From Eledone cirrhosa (Eukaryota): 43,229 nucleotides of DNA. Where the stretch lies: contig CAXHJY010000487.1 of NCBI GenBank assembly GCA_964016885.1, forward strand, positions 1 to 43,229. The letters are read 5' to 3'. Positions 1-12,279 of this stretch are shown in pieces. Every line of letters starts with the position of its first letter. Position 1 is the stretch's first letter. Both the position numbers and the translations under genes were made by a program. The notes beneath the pieces are model-generated. The model saw only the letters and a list, made by a program, of their open reading frames with translations. It was not told the origin of the DNA and made no database searches.

Positions 1-3000
1 CTAAGCTATCCTAAGCTAAGCTAAGCTAAGCTATCCTAAGCTAAGCTAAGCTAAGCTATCCTAAGCTAAGCTAAGCTATCCTAAGCTAAGCTATCCTAAG
101 CTAAGCTAAGCTAAGCTATCCTAAGCTAAGCTAAACTAAGCTATCCTAAGCTAAGCTAAGGTATCCTAAGCTAAGCTAAGCTAAGCTATCCGAAGCTAAG
201 CTATCCTAAGCTAAGCTAAGCTATCCTAAGCTAAGCTAAGCTATCCTAAGCTAAGCTAAGCTATCCTAAGCTAAGCTAAGCTATCCTAAGCTAAGCTAAG
301 CTATCCTAAGCTAAGCTAAGCTAAGCTATCCTAAGCTAAGCTAAGGTATCCTCAGCTAAGCTAAGCTAAGCTATCCTAAGCTAAGCTAAGCTAAGCTATC
401 CTAAGCTAAGCTAAGCTATCCTAAGCTAAGCTAAGCTATCCTAAGCTAAGCTAAGCTAAGCTATCCTAAGCTAAGCTAAGTTAAGCTATCCTAAGCTAAG
501 CTAAGCTAAGCTATCCTAAGCTAAGCTAAGCTAAGCTATCCTAAGCTAAGCTAAGCTAAGCTATCCTAAGCTAAGCTAAGCTAAGCTATCCTAAGCTAAG
601 CTAAGCTAAGCTATCCTAAGCTAAGCTAAGCTAAGCTATCCTAAGCTAAGCTAAGCTAAGCTCTCCTAAGCTAAGCTAAGCTATCCTAAGCTAAGCTAAG
701 CTAAGCTATCCTAAGCTAAGCTAAGCTAAGCTAAGCTATCCTAAGCTAAGCTAAGCTAAGCTATCCTAAGCTAAGCTAAGCTAAGCTATCCTAAGCTAAG
801 CTAAGCTAAGCTATCCTAAGCTAAGCTAAGCTAAGCTATCCTAAGCTAAGCTAAGCTATCCTAAGCTAAGCTAAGCTATCCTAAGCTATGCTAAGCTATC
901 CTAAGCTAAGCTAAGCTAAGCTATCCTAAGCTTTCCTAAGCTAAGCTATCCTAAGCTAAGCTAAGCTAAGCTATCCTAAGCTAAGCTAAGCTATCCTAAG
1001 CTAAGCTAAGCTAAGCTACCTAAGCTAAGCTATCCTAAGCTATCCTAAGCTAAGCTATCCTAAGCTATCCTAAGCTAAGCTATCCTAAGCTAAGCTATCC
1101 TAAGCTAAGCTATCCTAAGCTAAGCTAAGCTAAGCTATCCTAAGCTAAGCTAAGCTATCCTAAGCTAAGCTAAGCTAAGCTATCCTAAGCTAAGCTAAGC
1201 TATCCTAAGCTATCCTAAGCTATCCTAAGCTAAGCTAAGCTAAGCTATCCTAAGCTAAGCTATCCTAAGCTATCCTAAGCTAAGCTAAGCTAAGCTAAGC
1301 TAACCTAAGCTAAGCTATCCTAAGCTAAGCTATCCTAAGCTAAGCTATCCTAAGCTAAGCTAAGCTAAGCTATCCTAAGCTAAGCTAAGCTATCCTAAGC
1401 TAAGCTAAGCTAAGCTATCCTAAGCTAAGCTAAGCTAAGCTATCCTAAGCTAAGCTAAGCTAAGCTATCCTAAGCTAAGCTATCCTAAGCTATCCTAAGC
1501 TAAGCTATCCTAAGCTATCCTAAGCTAAGCTATCCTAAGCTATCCTAAGCTAAGCTAAGCTAAGCTATCCTAAGCTAAGCTAAGCTAAGCTATCCTAAGC
1601 TAAGCTAAGCTAAGCTATCCTAAGCTATCCTAAGCTAAGCTATCCTAAGCTATCCTAAGCTAAGCTATCCTAAGCTATGCTAAGCTAAGCTATCCTAAGC
1701 TAAGCTATCCTAAGCTATCCTAAGCTAAGCTATCCTAAGCTATCCTAAGCTAAGCTAAGCTATCCTAAGCTAAGCTAAGCTAAGCTAAGCTATCCTAAGC
1801 TAAGCTATGCTAAGCTAAGCTATCCTAAGCTAAGCTAAGCTAAGCTATCCTAAGCTAAGCTAAGCTAAGCTATCCTAAGCTAAGCTAAGCTATCCTAAGC
1901 TAAGCTAAGCTAAGCTATCCTAAGCTAAGCTAAGCTATCCTAAGCTAAGCTAAGCTAAGCTAAGCTAAGCTATCCTAAGCTAAGCTAAGCTAAGCTATCC
2001 TAAGCTAAGCTAAGCTAAGCTATCCTAAGCTAAGCTAAGCTATCCTAAGCTAAGCTAAGCTATCCTAAGCTAAGCTAAGCTAAGCTATCCTAAGCTAAGC
2101 TAAGCTAAGCTATCCTAAGCTAAGCTAAGCTAAGCTATCCTAAGCTAAGCTAAGCTAAGCTATCCTAAGCTAAGCTAAGCTATCCTAAGCTAAGCTAAGC
2201 TATCCTAAGCTAAGCTAAGCTAAGCTATCCTAAGCTAAGCTAAGCTAAGCTATCCTAAGCTATCCTAAGCTAAGCAATCCTAAGCTAAGCTAAGCTGAGC
2301 TATCCTAAGCTAAGCTAAGCTATCCGAAGCTAAGCTAAGCTAAGCTATCCTAAGCTAAGCTATCCTAAGCTATCCTAAGCTAAGCTATCCTAAGCTAAGC
2401 TATCCTAAGCTAAGCTATCCTAAGCTATCCTAAGCTAAGCTATCCTAAGCTAAGCTAAGCTAAGCTATCCTAAGCTAAGCTAAGCTAAGCTATCATAAGC
2501 TAAGCTAAGCTATCCTAAGCTAAGCTAAGCTAAGCTATCCTAAGCTAAGCTAAGCTAAGTTATCCTAAGCTAAGCTAAGCTAAGCTATCCTAAGCTATCC
2601 TAAGCTAAGCTATCCTAAGCTAAGCTATCCTAAGCTAAGCTATCCTAAGCTATCCTAAGCTAAGCTAAGCTAAGCTATCCTAAGCTAAGCTAAGCTAAGC
2701 TATCCTAAGCTAAGCTAAGCTAAGCTAAGCTAAGCTATCCTACGCTAAGCTAAGCTATCCTAAGCTAAGCTAAGCTAAGCTATCCTAAGCTAAGCTAAGC
2801 TAAGCTCTCCTAAGCTAAGCTAAGCTAAGCTAAGCTATCCTAAGCTAAGCTAAGCTATCCTAAGCTAAGCTAAGCTAAGCTATCCTAAGCTAAGCTAAGC
2901 TATCCTAAGCTAAGCTAAGCTAAGCTATCCTAAGCTAAGCTAAGCTAAGCTATCCTAAGCTAAGCTAAGCTATCCTAAGCTAAGCTAAGCTAAGCTATCC

Positions 3001-4375
3001 TAAGCTAAGCTAAGCTATCCTAAGCTATCCTAAGCTATCCTAAGCTAAGCTAAGCTAAGCTATCCTAAGCTAAGCTATCCTAAGCTATCCTAAGCTAAGC
3101 TAAGCTAAGCTAACCTAAGCTAAGCTATCCTAAGCTAAGCTATCCTAAGCTAAGCTATCCTAAGCTAAGCTAAGCTAAGCTATCCTAAGCTAAGCTAAGC
3201 TATCCTAAGCTAAGCTAAGCTAAGCTATCCTAAGCTAAGCTAAGCTAAGCTATCCTAAGCTAAGCTATCCTAAGCTATCCTAAGCTAAGCTATCCTAAGC
3301 TATCCTAAGCTAAGCTATCCTAAGCTATCCTAAGCTAAGCTAAGCTAAGCTATCCTAAGCTAAGCTAAGCTAAGCTATCCTAAGCTAAGCTAAGCTAAGC
3401 TATCCTAAGCTATCCTAAGCTAAGCTATCCTAAGCTAAGCTATCCTAAGCTAAGCTATCCTAAGCTATGCTAAGCTAAGCTATCCTAAGCTAAGCTATCC
3501 TAAGCTATTCTAAGCTAAGCTATCCTAAGCTATCCTAAGCTAAGCTAAGCTATCCTAAGCTAAGCTAAGCTAAGCTAAGCTATCCTAAGCTAAGCTATGC
3601 TAAGCTAAGCTATCCTAAGCTAAGCTAAGCTAAGCTATCCTAAGCTAAGCTAAGCTAAGCTATCCTAAGCTAAGCTAAGCTATCCTAAGCTAAGCTAAGC
3701 TAAGCTATCCTAAGCTAAGCTAAGCTATCCTAAGCTAAGCTAAGCTAAGCTAAGCTATCCTAAGCTAAGCTAAGCTAAGCTATCCTAAGCTAAGCTAAGC
3801 TAAGCTATCCTAAGCTAAGCTAAGCTAAGCTATCCTAAGCTAAGCTAAGCTATCCTAAGCTAAGCTAAGCTAAGCTATCCTAAGCTAAGCTAAGCTATCC
3901 TAAGCTAAGCTAAGCTAAGCTATCCTAAGCTAAGCTAAGCTAAGCTATCCTAAGCTAAGCTAAGCTATCCTAAGCTAAGCTAAGCTAAGCTATCCTAAGC
4001 TAAGCTAAGCTAAGCTATCCTAAGCTATCCTAAGCTAAGCAATCCTAAGCTAAGCTAAGCTGAGCTATCCTAAGCTAAGCTAAGCTATCCGAAGCTAAGC
4101 TAAGCTAAGCTATCCTAAGCTAAGCTATCCTAAGCTATCCTAAGCTAAGCTATCCTAAGCTAAGCTATACTAAGCTATCCTAAGCTAAGCTATCCTAAGC
4201 TAAGCTAAGCTAAGCTATCCTAAGCTAAGCTAAGCTAAGCTATCATAAGCTAAGCTAAGCTATCCTAAGCTAAGCTAAGCTAAGCTATCCTAAGCTAAGC
4301 AAAGCTAAGTTATCCTAAGCTAAGCTAAGCTAAGCTATCCTAAGCTATCCTAAGCTAAGCTATCCTAAGCTAAGC
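1..4375. repeat. Higher-order block A, copy 1 (duplicated at ~22077-26430)
   Basis: Ordered rare markers CTAAA 131, GTATC 161, CGAAG 191, GTATC-CTCAG 346-355, TTAAG 481, CTCTC 661, CTATG 886, CTTTC 931, CTAC deletion 1016 and CTAAC 1300 recur at +22076. CTATG 1675, CAATC 2275, CTACG 2740, CTATT 3505, CAATC 4040, CTATA 4165 and TTATC 4310 recur at +22051. Confidence 0.93.
1200..4375. repeat. Diverged ~1.75-1.81 kb tandem higher-order repeat inside block A
   Basis: Marker pairs: CTAAC 1300/3110, CTATG 1675/3465 and 1805/3595, CAATC 2275/4040, CTGAG 2295/4060, CGAAG 2325/4090, ATAAG 2495/4245, TTATC 2560/4310. Confidence 0.88.
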
Positions 4376-7079
4376 TATCCTAAGGTAAGCTATCCTAAGC
4401 TATCCTAAGCTAAGCTATCCTAAGCTATCCTAAGCTAAGCTAAGCTAAGCTATCCTAAGCTAAGCTAAGCTAAGCTAAGCTAAGCTAAGCTAAGCTATCC
4501 TAAGCTAAGCTAAGCTATCCTAAGCTAAGCTAAGCTATCCTAAGCTAAGCTAAACTAAGCTCTCCTAAGCTAAGCTAAGCTAAGCTATCCTAAGCTTAGC
4601 TAAGCTATCCTAAGCTAAGCTAAGCTAAGCTATCCTAAGCTAAGCTAAGCTATCCTAAGCTAAGCTAAGCTAAGCTATCCTAAGCTAAGCTAAGCTAAGC
4701 TATCCTAAGCTAAGCTAAGCTAAGCTATCCTAAGCTAAGCTAAGCTAAGCTATCCTAAGCTAAGCTAAGCTATCCTAAGCTAAGCTAAGCTAAGCTATCC
4801 TAAGCTAAGCTAAGCTAAGCTATCCTAAGCTAAGCTAAGCTAAGCTATCCTAAGCTATCCTAAGCTATCCTAAGCTAAGCTAAGCTATCCTAAGCTAAGC
4901 TAAGCTAAGCTATCCTAAGCTAAGCTAAGCTATCCTAAGCTAAGCTAAGCTAAGCTATCCTAAGCTAAGCTAAGCTATCCTAAGCTAAGCTAAGCTAAGC
5001 TATCCTAAGCTAAGCTAAGCTATCCTAAGCTATCCTAAGCTAAGCTATCCTAAGCTAAGCTAAGCTAAGCTATCCTAAGCTAAGCTAAGCTAAGCTATCC
5101 TAAGCTAAGCTAAGCTAAGCTATCCTAAGCTAAGCTATCCTAAGCTAACCTAAGCTAAGCTAAGCTATCCTAAGCTAAGCTAAGCTATCCTAAGCTAAGC
5201 TAAGCTAAGCTATCCTAAGCTAAGCTAAGCTAAGCTATCCTAAGCTCTCCTAAGCTAAGCTATCCTAAGCTAAGCTAAGCTAAGCTATCCTAAGCTAAGC
5301 TAAGCTATCCTAAGCTAAGCTAAGCTAAGCTATCCTAAGCTAAGCTATCCTAAGCTATCCTAAGCTAAGCTAAGCTAAGCTATCCTAAGCTAAGCTATCC
5401 TAAGCTATCCTAAGCTAAGCTAAGCTAGGATAAGCTATCCTAAGCTAAGCTATCCTAAGCTAAGCTATCCTAAGCTATCCTAAGCTAAGCTATCCTAAGC
5501 TATCCTAAGCTAAGCTATCCTAAGCTATCCTAAGCTATCCTAAGCTAAGCTAAGCTAAGCTATCCTAAGCTAAGCTAAGCTAAGCTATCCTAAGCTAAGC
5601 TAAGCTAAGCTATCCTAAGCTATCCTAAGCTAAGCTAAGCTAAGCTATCCTAAGCTAAGCTATCCTAAGCTATCCTAAGCTAAGCTATCCTAAGCTAAGC
5701 TATCCTAAGCTAAGCTATCCTAAGCTATCCTAAGCTAAGCTATCCTAAGCTATCCTAAGCTAAGCTAAGCTATCCTAAGCTAAGCTAAGCTAAGCTATCC
5801 TAAGCTAAGCTAAGCTAAGCTTTCCTAAGCTATCCTAAGCTAAGCTATCCTAAGCTAAGCTATCCTAAGCTATCCTAAGCTAAGCTAAGCTAAGCTATCC
5901 TAAGCTAAGCTATCCTAAGCTAAGCTAAGCTAAGCTATCCTAAGCTAAGCTATCCTGTGCTAAGCTAAGCTAAGCTATCCTAAGCTAAGCTAAGCTAAGC
6001 TATCCTAAGCTAAGCTATCCTAAGCTAAGCTAAGCTAAGCTATCCTAAGCTAAGCTAAGCTATCCTAAGCTAAGCTAAGCTATCCTAAGCTAAGCTAAGC
6101 TAAGCTTTCCTAAACTAAGCTAAGCTATCCTAAGCTAAGCTAAGCGAAGCTATCCTAAGCTAATCTAAGCTAAGCTATCCTAAGCTAAGCTAAGCTAAGC
6201 TATCCTAAGCCAAGCTAAGCTAAGCTATCCTAAGCCAAGCTAAGCTAAGCTATCCTAAGCCAAGCTAAGCGAAGCTATCCTAAGCTAAGCTAAGCTAAGC
6301 TTTCCTAAGCTTAGCTAAGCTAAGCTATCCTAAGCTAAGCTAAGCTAAGCTATCCTAAGCTAAGCTAAGCTAAGCTATCCTAGGCTAAGCTAAGCTAAGC
6401 TATCCTAAGCTAAGCTATCCTAAGCTAAGCTAAGCTAAGCTATCCTAAGCTAAGCTAAGCTAAGCTATCCTATGCTAAGCTAAGCTAAGCTATCCTAAGC
6501 TAAGCTAAGCTAAGCTATCCTAAGCTAAGCTAAGCTAAGCTATCCTAAGCTAAGCTAAGCTATCCTAAGCTAAGCTATCCTAAGCTAAGCTAAGCTAAGC
6601 TATCCTAAGCTAAGCTAAGCTAAGCTTTCCTAAGCTATCCTAAGCTAAGCTATCCTAAGCTAAGCTAAGCTAAGCTATCCTAAGCTAAGCTAAGCTATCC
6701 TAAGCTAAGCTAAGCTAAGCTATCCTAAGCTAAGCTATCCTAAGCTATCCTAAGCTAAGCTATCCTAAGCTATCCTAAGCTAAGCTATCCTAAGCTAAGC
6801 TATCCTAAGCTAAGCTATTCTAAGCTAAGCTAAGCTAAGCTATCCTAAGCTAAGCTTAGCTAAGCTATCCTAAGCTAAGCTAAGCTAAGCTATCCTAAGC
6901 TAAGCTAAGCTAAGCTTTCCTAAGCTTAGCTAAGCTATCGGAAGCTATGCTAAGCTAATCTATCCTAAGCTAAGCTAAGCTAAGCTATCCTAAGCTATCC
7001 TAAGCTAAGCTATCCTAAGCTAATCTATCCTAAGCTATGCCAAGCTAAGCTATCCTAAGCTAAGCTAAGCTAAGCTATC

Positions 7080-7580
7080 CTAAGCTAAGCTAAGCTAAGC
7101 TATCCTAAGCTAAGCTAAGCTAAGCTATCCTAAGCTAAGCTAAGCTAAGCTATCCTAAGCTATCCTAAGCTAAGCAATCCTAAGCTAAGCTAAGCTGAGC
7201 TATCCTAAGCTAAGCTAAGCTATCCGAAGCTAAGCTAAGCTAAGCTATCCTAAGCTAAGCTATCCTAAGCTATCCTAAGCTAAGCTATCCTAAGCTAAGC
7301 TATACTAAGCTATCCTAAGCTAAGCTATCCTAATCTAAGCTAAGCTAAGCTATCCTAAGCTAAGCTAAGCTAAGCTATCATAAGCTAAGCTAAGCTATCC
7401 TAAGCTAAGCTAAGCTAAGCTATCCTAAGCTAAGCTAAGCTAAGTTATCCTAAGCTAAGCTAAGCTAAGCTATCCTAAGCTATCCTAAGCTAAGCTATCC
7501 TAAGCTAAGCTATCCTAAGGTAAGCTATCCTAAGCTATCCTAAGCTAAGCTATCCTAAGCTATCCTAAGCTAAGCTAAGC
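7080..7580. repeat. Partial additional copy of the block A marker cassette (offset 3135 from ~3945-4445)
   Basis: CAATC 7175, CTGAG 7195, CGAAG 7225, CTATA 7300, ATAAG 7380, TTATC 7445 and GTAAG 7520 match 4040, 4060, 4090, 4165, 4245, 4310 and 4385 at a constant +3135. Confidence 0.87.
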
Positions 7581-7746
7581 TAAGCTATCCTAAGCTAAGC
7601 TAAGCTAAGCTATCCTAAGCTATCCTAAGCTAAGCTATCCTAAGCTATCCTAAGCTAAGCTATCCTAAGCTATCCTAAGCTAAGCTAAGCTAAGCTATCC
7701 TAAGCTAAGCTAAGCTAAGCTATCCTAAGCTAAGCTAAGCTATCCA

Positions 7747-10700
7747 AAGCTATCCTAAGCTAAGCTATCCTAAGCTATCCTAAGCTAAGCTATCCTAAGC
7801 TATCCTAAGCTAAGCTATCCTAAGCTATCCTAAGCTAAGCTAAGCTAAGCTATCCTAAGCTAAGCTAAGCTAAGCTATCCTAAGCTAAGCTAAGCTATCC
7901 AAAGCTATCCTAAGCTAAGCTATCCTAAGCTATCCTAAGCTAAGCTATCCTAAGCTATCCTAAGCTAAGCTATCCTAAGCTAAGCTATCCTAAGCTATCC
8001 TAAGCTAAGCTATCCTAAGCTATCCTAAGCTAAGCTAAGCTAAGCTATCCTAAGCTAAGCTAAGCTAAGCTATCCTAAGCTAAGCTATCCTAAGCTAAGC
8101 TAAGCTAAGCTATCCTAAGCTATACTATGCTAAGCTATCCTAAGCTAAGCTATCCTAAGCTATCCTAAGCTAAGCTATCCTAAGCTATCCTAAGCTAAGC
8201 TATCCTAAGCTATCCTAAGCTAAGCTAAGCTAAGCTATCCTAAGCTAAGCTAAGCTAAGCTATCCTAAGCTAAGCTAAGCTATCCTAAGCTAAACTAAGC
8301 TAAGCTATCCTAAGCTAAGCTAAGCTAAGTTATCCTAAGCTAAGCTAAGCTAAGCTATCCTAAGCTAAGCTAAGCTATCCTAAGCTAAGCTAAGCTAAGC
8401 TATCCTAAGCTAAGCTAAGCTAAGCTAAGCTAAGCTATCCTAAGCTAAGCTAAGCTAAGCTATCCTAAGCTAAGCTAAGCTAAGCTAAGCTATCCTAAGC
8501 TAAGCTAAGCTATCCTAAGCTAAGCTAAGCTAAGCTATCCTAAGCTAAGCTAAGCTAAGCTATCCTAAGCTAAGCTAAGCTAAGCTATCCTAAGCTATCC
8601 TAAGCTAAGCTAAGCTAAGCTATCCTAAGCTAAGCTAAGCTAAGCTATCCTAAGCTATCCTAAGCTAAGCTATCCTAAGCTAAGCTATCCTAAGCTATCC
8701 TAAGCTAAGCTATCCTAAGCTAAGCTAAGCTAAGCTATCCTAAGCTAAGCTATCCTAAGCTAAGCTATCCTAAGCTATCATAAGCTAAGCTATCCTAAGC
8801 TATCCTAAGCTAAGCTATCCTAAGCTATCCTAAGCTAAGCTATCCTAAGCTATCCTAAGCTAAGCTAAGCTAAGCTATCGTAAGCTAAGCTAAGCTAAGC
8901 TAAGCTATCCTAAGCTAAGCTAAGCTAAGCTATCCTAAGCTAAGCTAAGCTAAGCTATCCTAAGCTATCCTAAGCTAAGCTATCCTAAGCTAAGCTATCC
9001 TAAGCTATCCTAAGCTAAGCTATCCTAAGCTATCCTAAGCTAAGCTATCCTAAGCTAAGCTATCCTAAGCTAAGCTATCCTAAGCTATCCTAAGCTAAGC
9101 TATCCTAAGCTATCCTAAGCTAAGCTAAGCTAAGCTATCCTAAGCTAAGCTAAGCTAAGCTATCCTAAGCTAAGCTAAGCTAAGCTTTCCTAAGCTATCC
9201 TAAGCTAAGCTATCCTAAGCTAAGCTATCCTAAGCTATCCTAAGCTAAGCTATCCTAAGCTATCCTAAGCTAAGCTATCCTAAGCTATCCTAAGCTAAGC
9301 TATCCTAACATAAGCTATCCTAAGCTATCCTAAGCTAAGCTATCCTAAGCTATCCTAAGCTAAGCTATCCTAAGCTATCCTAAGCTAAGCTAAGCTAAGC
9401 TAAGCTAAGCTATCCTAAGCTAAGCTAAGCTATCCTAAGCTATCCTAAGCTAAGCTATCCTAAGCTAAGCTAAGCTAAGCTATCCTAAGCTATCCTAAGC
9501 TAAGCTATCCTAAGCTATCCTAAGCTAAGCTATCCTAAGCTATCCTAAGCTAAGCTATCCTAAGCTATCCTAAGCTAAGCTAAGCTAAGCTATCCTAAGC
9601 TAAGCTAAGCTAAGCTATCCTAAGCTAAGCTAAGCTATCCAAAGCTATCCTAAGCTAAGCTATCCTAAGCTATCCTAAGCTAAGCTATCCTAAGCTATCC
9701 TAAGCTAAGCTATCCTAAGCTAAGCTATCCTAAGCTATCCTAAGCTAAGCTATCCTAAGCTATCCTAAGCTAAGCTAAGCTAAGCTATCCTAAGCTAAGC
9801 TAAGCTAAGCTATCCTAAGCTAAGCTATCCTAAGCTAAGCTAAGCTAAGCTATCCTAAGCTATACTATGCTAAGCTATCCTAAGCTAAGCTATCCTAAGC
9901 TATCCTAAGCTAAGCTATCCTAAGCTATCCTAAGCTAAGCTATCCTAAGCTATCCTAAGCTAAGCTAAGCTAAGCTATCCTAAGCTAAGCTAAGCTAAGC
10001 TATCCTAAGCTAAGCTAAGCTATCCTAAGCTAAACTAAGCTAAGCTATCCTAAGCTAAGCTAAGCTAAGTTATCCTAAGCTAAGCTAAGCTAAGCTATCC
10101 TAAGCTAAGCTAAGCTATCCTAAGCTAAGCTAAGCTAAGCTATCCTAAGCTAAGCTAAGCTAAGCTAAGCTAAGCTATCCTAAGCTAAGCTAAGCTAAGC
10201 TATCCTAAGCTAAGCTAAGCTAAGCTAAGCTATCCTAAGCTAAGCTAAGCTATCCTAAGCTAAGCTAAGCTAAGCTATCCTAAGCTAAGCTAAGCTAAGC
10301 TATCCTAAGCTAAGCTAAGCTAAGCTATCCTAAGCTATCCTAAGCTAAGCTAAGCTAAGCTATCCTAAGCTAAGCTAAGCTAAGCTATCCTAAGCTATCC
10401 TAAGCTAAGCTATCCTAAGCTAAGCTATCCTAAGCTATCCTAAGCTAAGCTATCCTAAGCTAAGCTAAGCTAAGCTATCCTAAGCTAAGCTATCCTAAGC
10501 TAAGCTATCCTAAGCTATCATAAGCTAAGCTATCCTAAGCTATCCTAAGCTAAGCTATCCTAAGCTATCCTAAGCTAAGCTATCCTAAGCTATCCTAAGC
10601 TAAGCTAAGCTAAGCTATCCTAAGCTAAGCTAAGCTAAGCTAAGCTATCCTAAGCTAAGCTAAGCTAAGCTATCCTAAGCTAAGCTAAGCTAAGCTATCC

Positions 10701-11142
10701 TAAGCTATCCTAAGCTAAGCTATCCTAAGCTAAGCTATCCTAAGCTATCCTAAGCTAAGCTATCCTAAGCTATCCTAAGCTAAGCTATCCTAAGCTAAGC
10801 TATCCTAAGCTAAGCTATCCTAAGCTATCCTAAGCTAAGCTATCCTAAGCTATCCTAAGCTAAGCTAAGCTAAGCTATCCTAAGCTAAGCTAAGCTAAGC
10901 TATCCTAAGCTAAGCTAAGCTAAGCTTTCCTAAGCTATCCTAAGCTAAGCTATCCTAAGCTAAGCTATCCTAAGCTATCCTAAGCTAAGCTATCCTAAGC
11001 TATCCTAAGCTAAGCTATCCTAAGCTATCCTAAGCTAAGCTATCCTAACATAAGCTATCCTAAGCTATCCTAAGCTAAGCTATCCTAAGCTATCCTAAGC
11101 TAAGCTATCCTAAGCTATCCTAAGCTAAGCTAAGCTAAGCTA
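7747..11142. repeat. Near-identical direct duplication with 1740-bp offset (~7747-9402 and ~9487-11142)
   Basis: Printed lines 7801-9360 match lines 9541-11100. Markers: CAAAG 7900/9640, CTATA-CTATG 8120/9860, CTAAA 8290/10030, TTATC 8330/10070, ATAAG 8780/10520, CTTTC 9185/10925, CTAAC-ATAAG 9305/11045. One difference noticed: G8880 vs C10620. Confidence 0.93.
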
Positions 11143-12279
11143 TCCTAAACTAAGCTAAGCTATCCTAAGCTAAGCTAAGCTAAGCTATCCTAAGCTAAGC
11201 TAAGCTAAGCTATCCTAAGCTAAGCTAAGCTAAGCTATCCTAAGCTAAGCTAAGCTAAGCTATCCTAAGCCAAGCTAAGCTAAGCTATCCTAAGCCAAGC
11301 TAAGCTAAGCTATCCTAAGCTAAGCTAAGCTAAGCTATCCTAAGCTAAGCTAAGCTAAGCTATCCTAAGCTAAGCTAAGCTAAGCTATCCTAAGCTAAGC
11401 TAAGCTAAGCTATCCTAAGCTAAGCTAAGCTAAGCTATCCTAAGCTAAGCTAAGCTAAGCTATCCTAAGCTAAGCTAAGCTAAGCTATCCTAAGCTAAGC
11501 TAAGCTAAGCTATCCTAAGCTAAGCTAAGCTAAGCTATCCTAAGCTAAGCTATCCTAAGCTAAGCTAAGCTAAGCTATCCTAAGCTAAGCTAAGCTAAGC
11601 TATCCTAAGCTAAGCTAAGCTATCCTAAGCTAAGCTAAGCTAAGCTATCCTAAGCTAAGCTAAGCTAAGCTATCCTAAGCTAAGCTAAGCTAAGCTATCC
11701 TAAGCTAAGCTAAGCTAAGCTATCCTAAGCTAAGCTAAGCTAAACTATCCTAAGCTAAGCTAAGCTATCCTAAGCTAAGCTAAGCTAAGCTATCCTAAGC
11801 TAAGCTAAGCTAAGCTAAGCTTTCCTAAGCTATCCTAAGCTAAGCTATCCTAAGCTAAGCTAAGCTAAGCTATCCTAAGCTAAGCTAAGCTATCCTAAGC
11901 TAAGCTAAGCTATCCTAAGCTAAGCTATCCTAAGCTATCCTAAGCTAAGCTATCCTAAGCTATCCTAAGCTAAGCTATCCTAAGCTAAGCTATCCTAAGC
12001 TAAGCTATTCTAAGCTAAGCTAAGCTAAGCTATCCTAAGCTAAGCTAAGCTAAGCTATCCTAAGCTAAGCTAAGCTAAGCTATCCTAAGCTAAGCTAAGC
12101 TAAGCTATCCTAAGCTAAGCTAAGCTAAGCTATCCTAAGCTAAGCTAAGCTAAGCTATCCTAAGCTAAGCTAAGCTATCCTAAGCTAAGCTAAGCTAAGC
12201 TATCCTAAGCTAAGCTAAGCTAAGCTATCCTAAGCTATCCTAAGCTAAGCTATCCTAAGCTAAGCTATCCTAAGCTATC

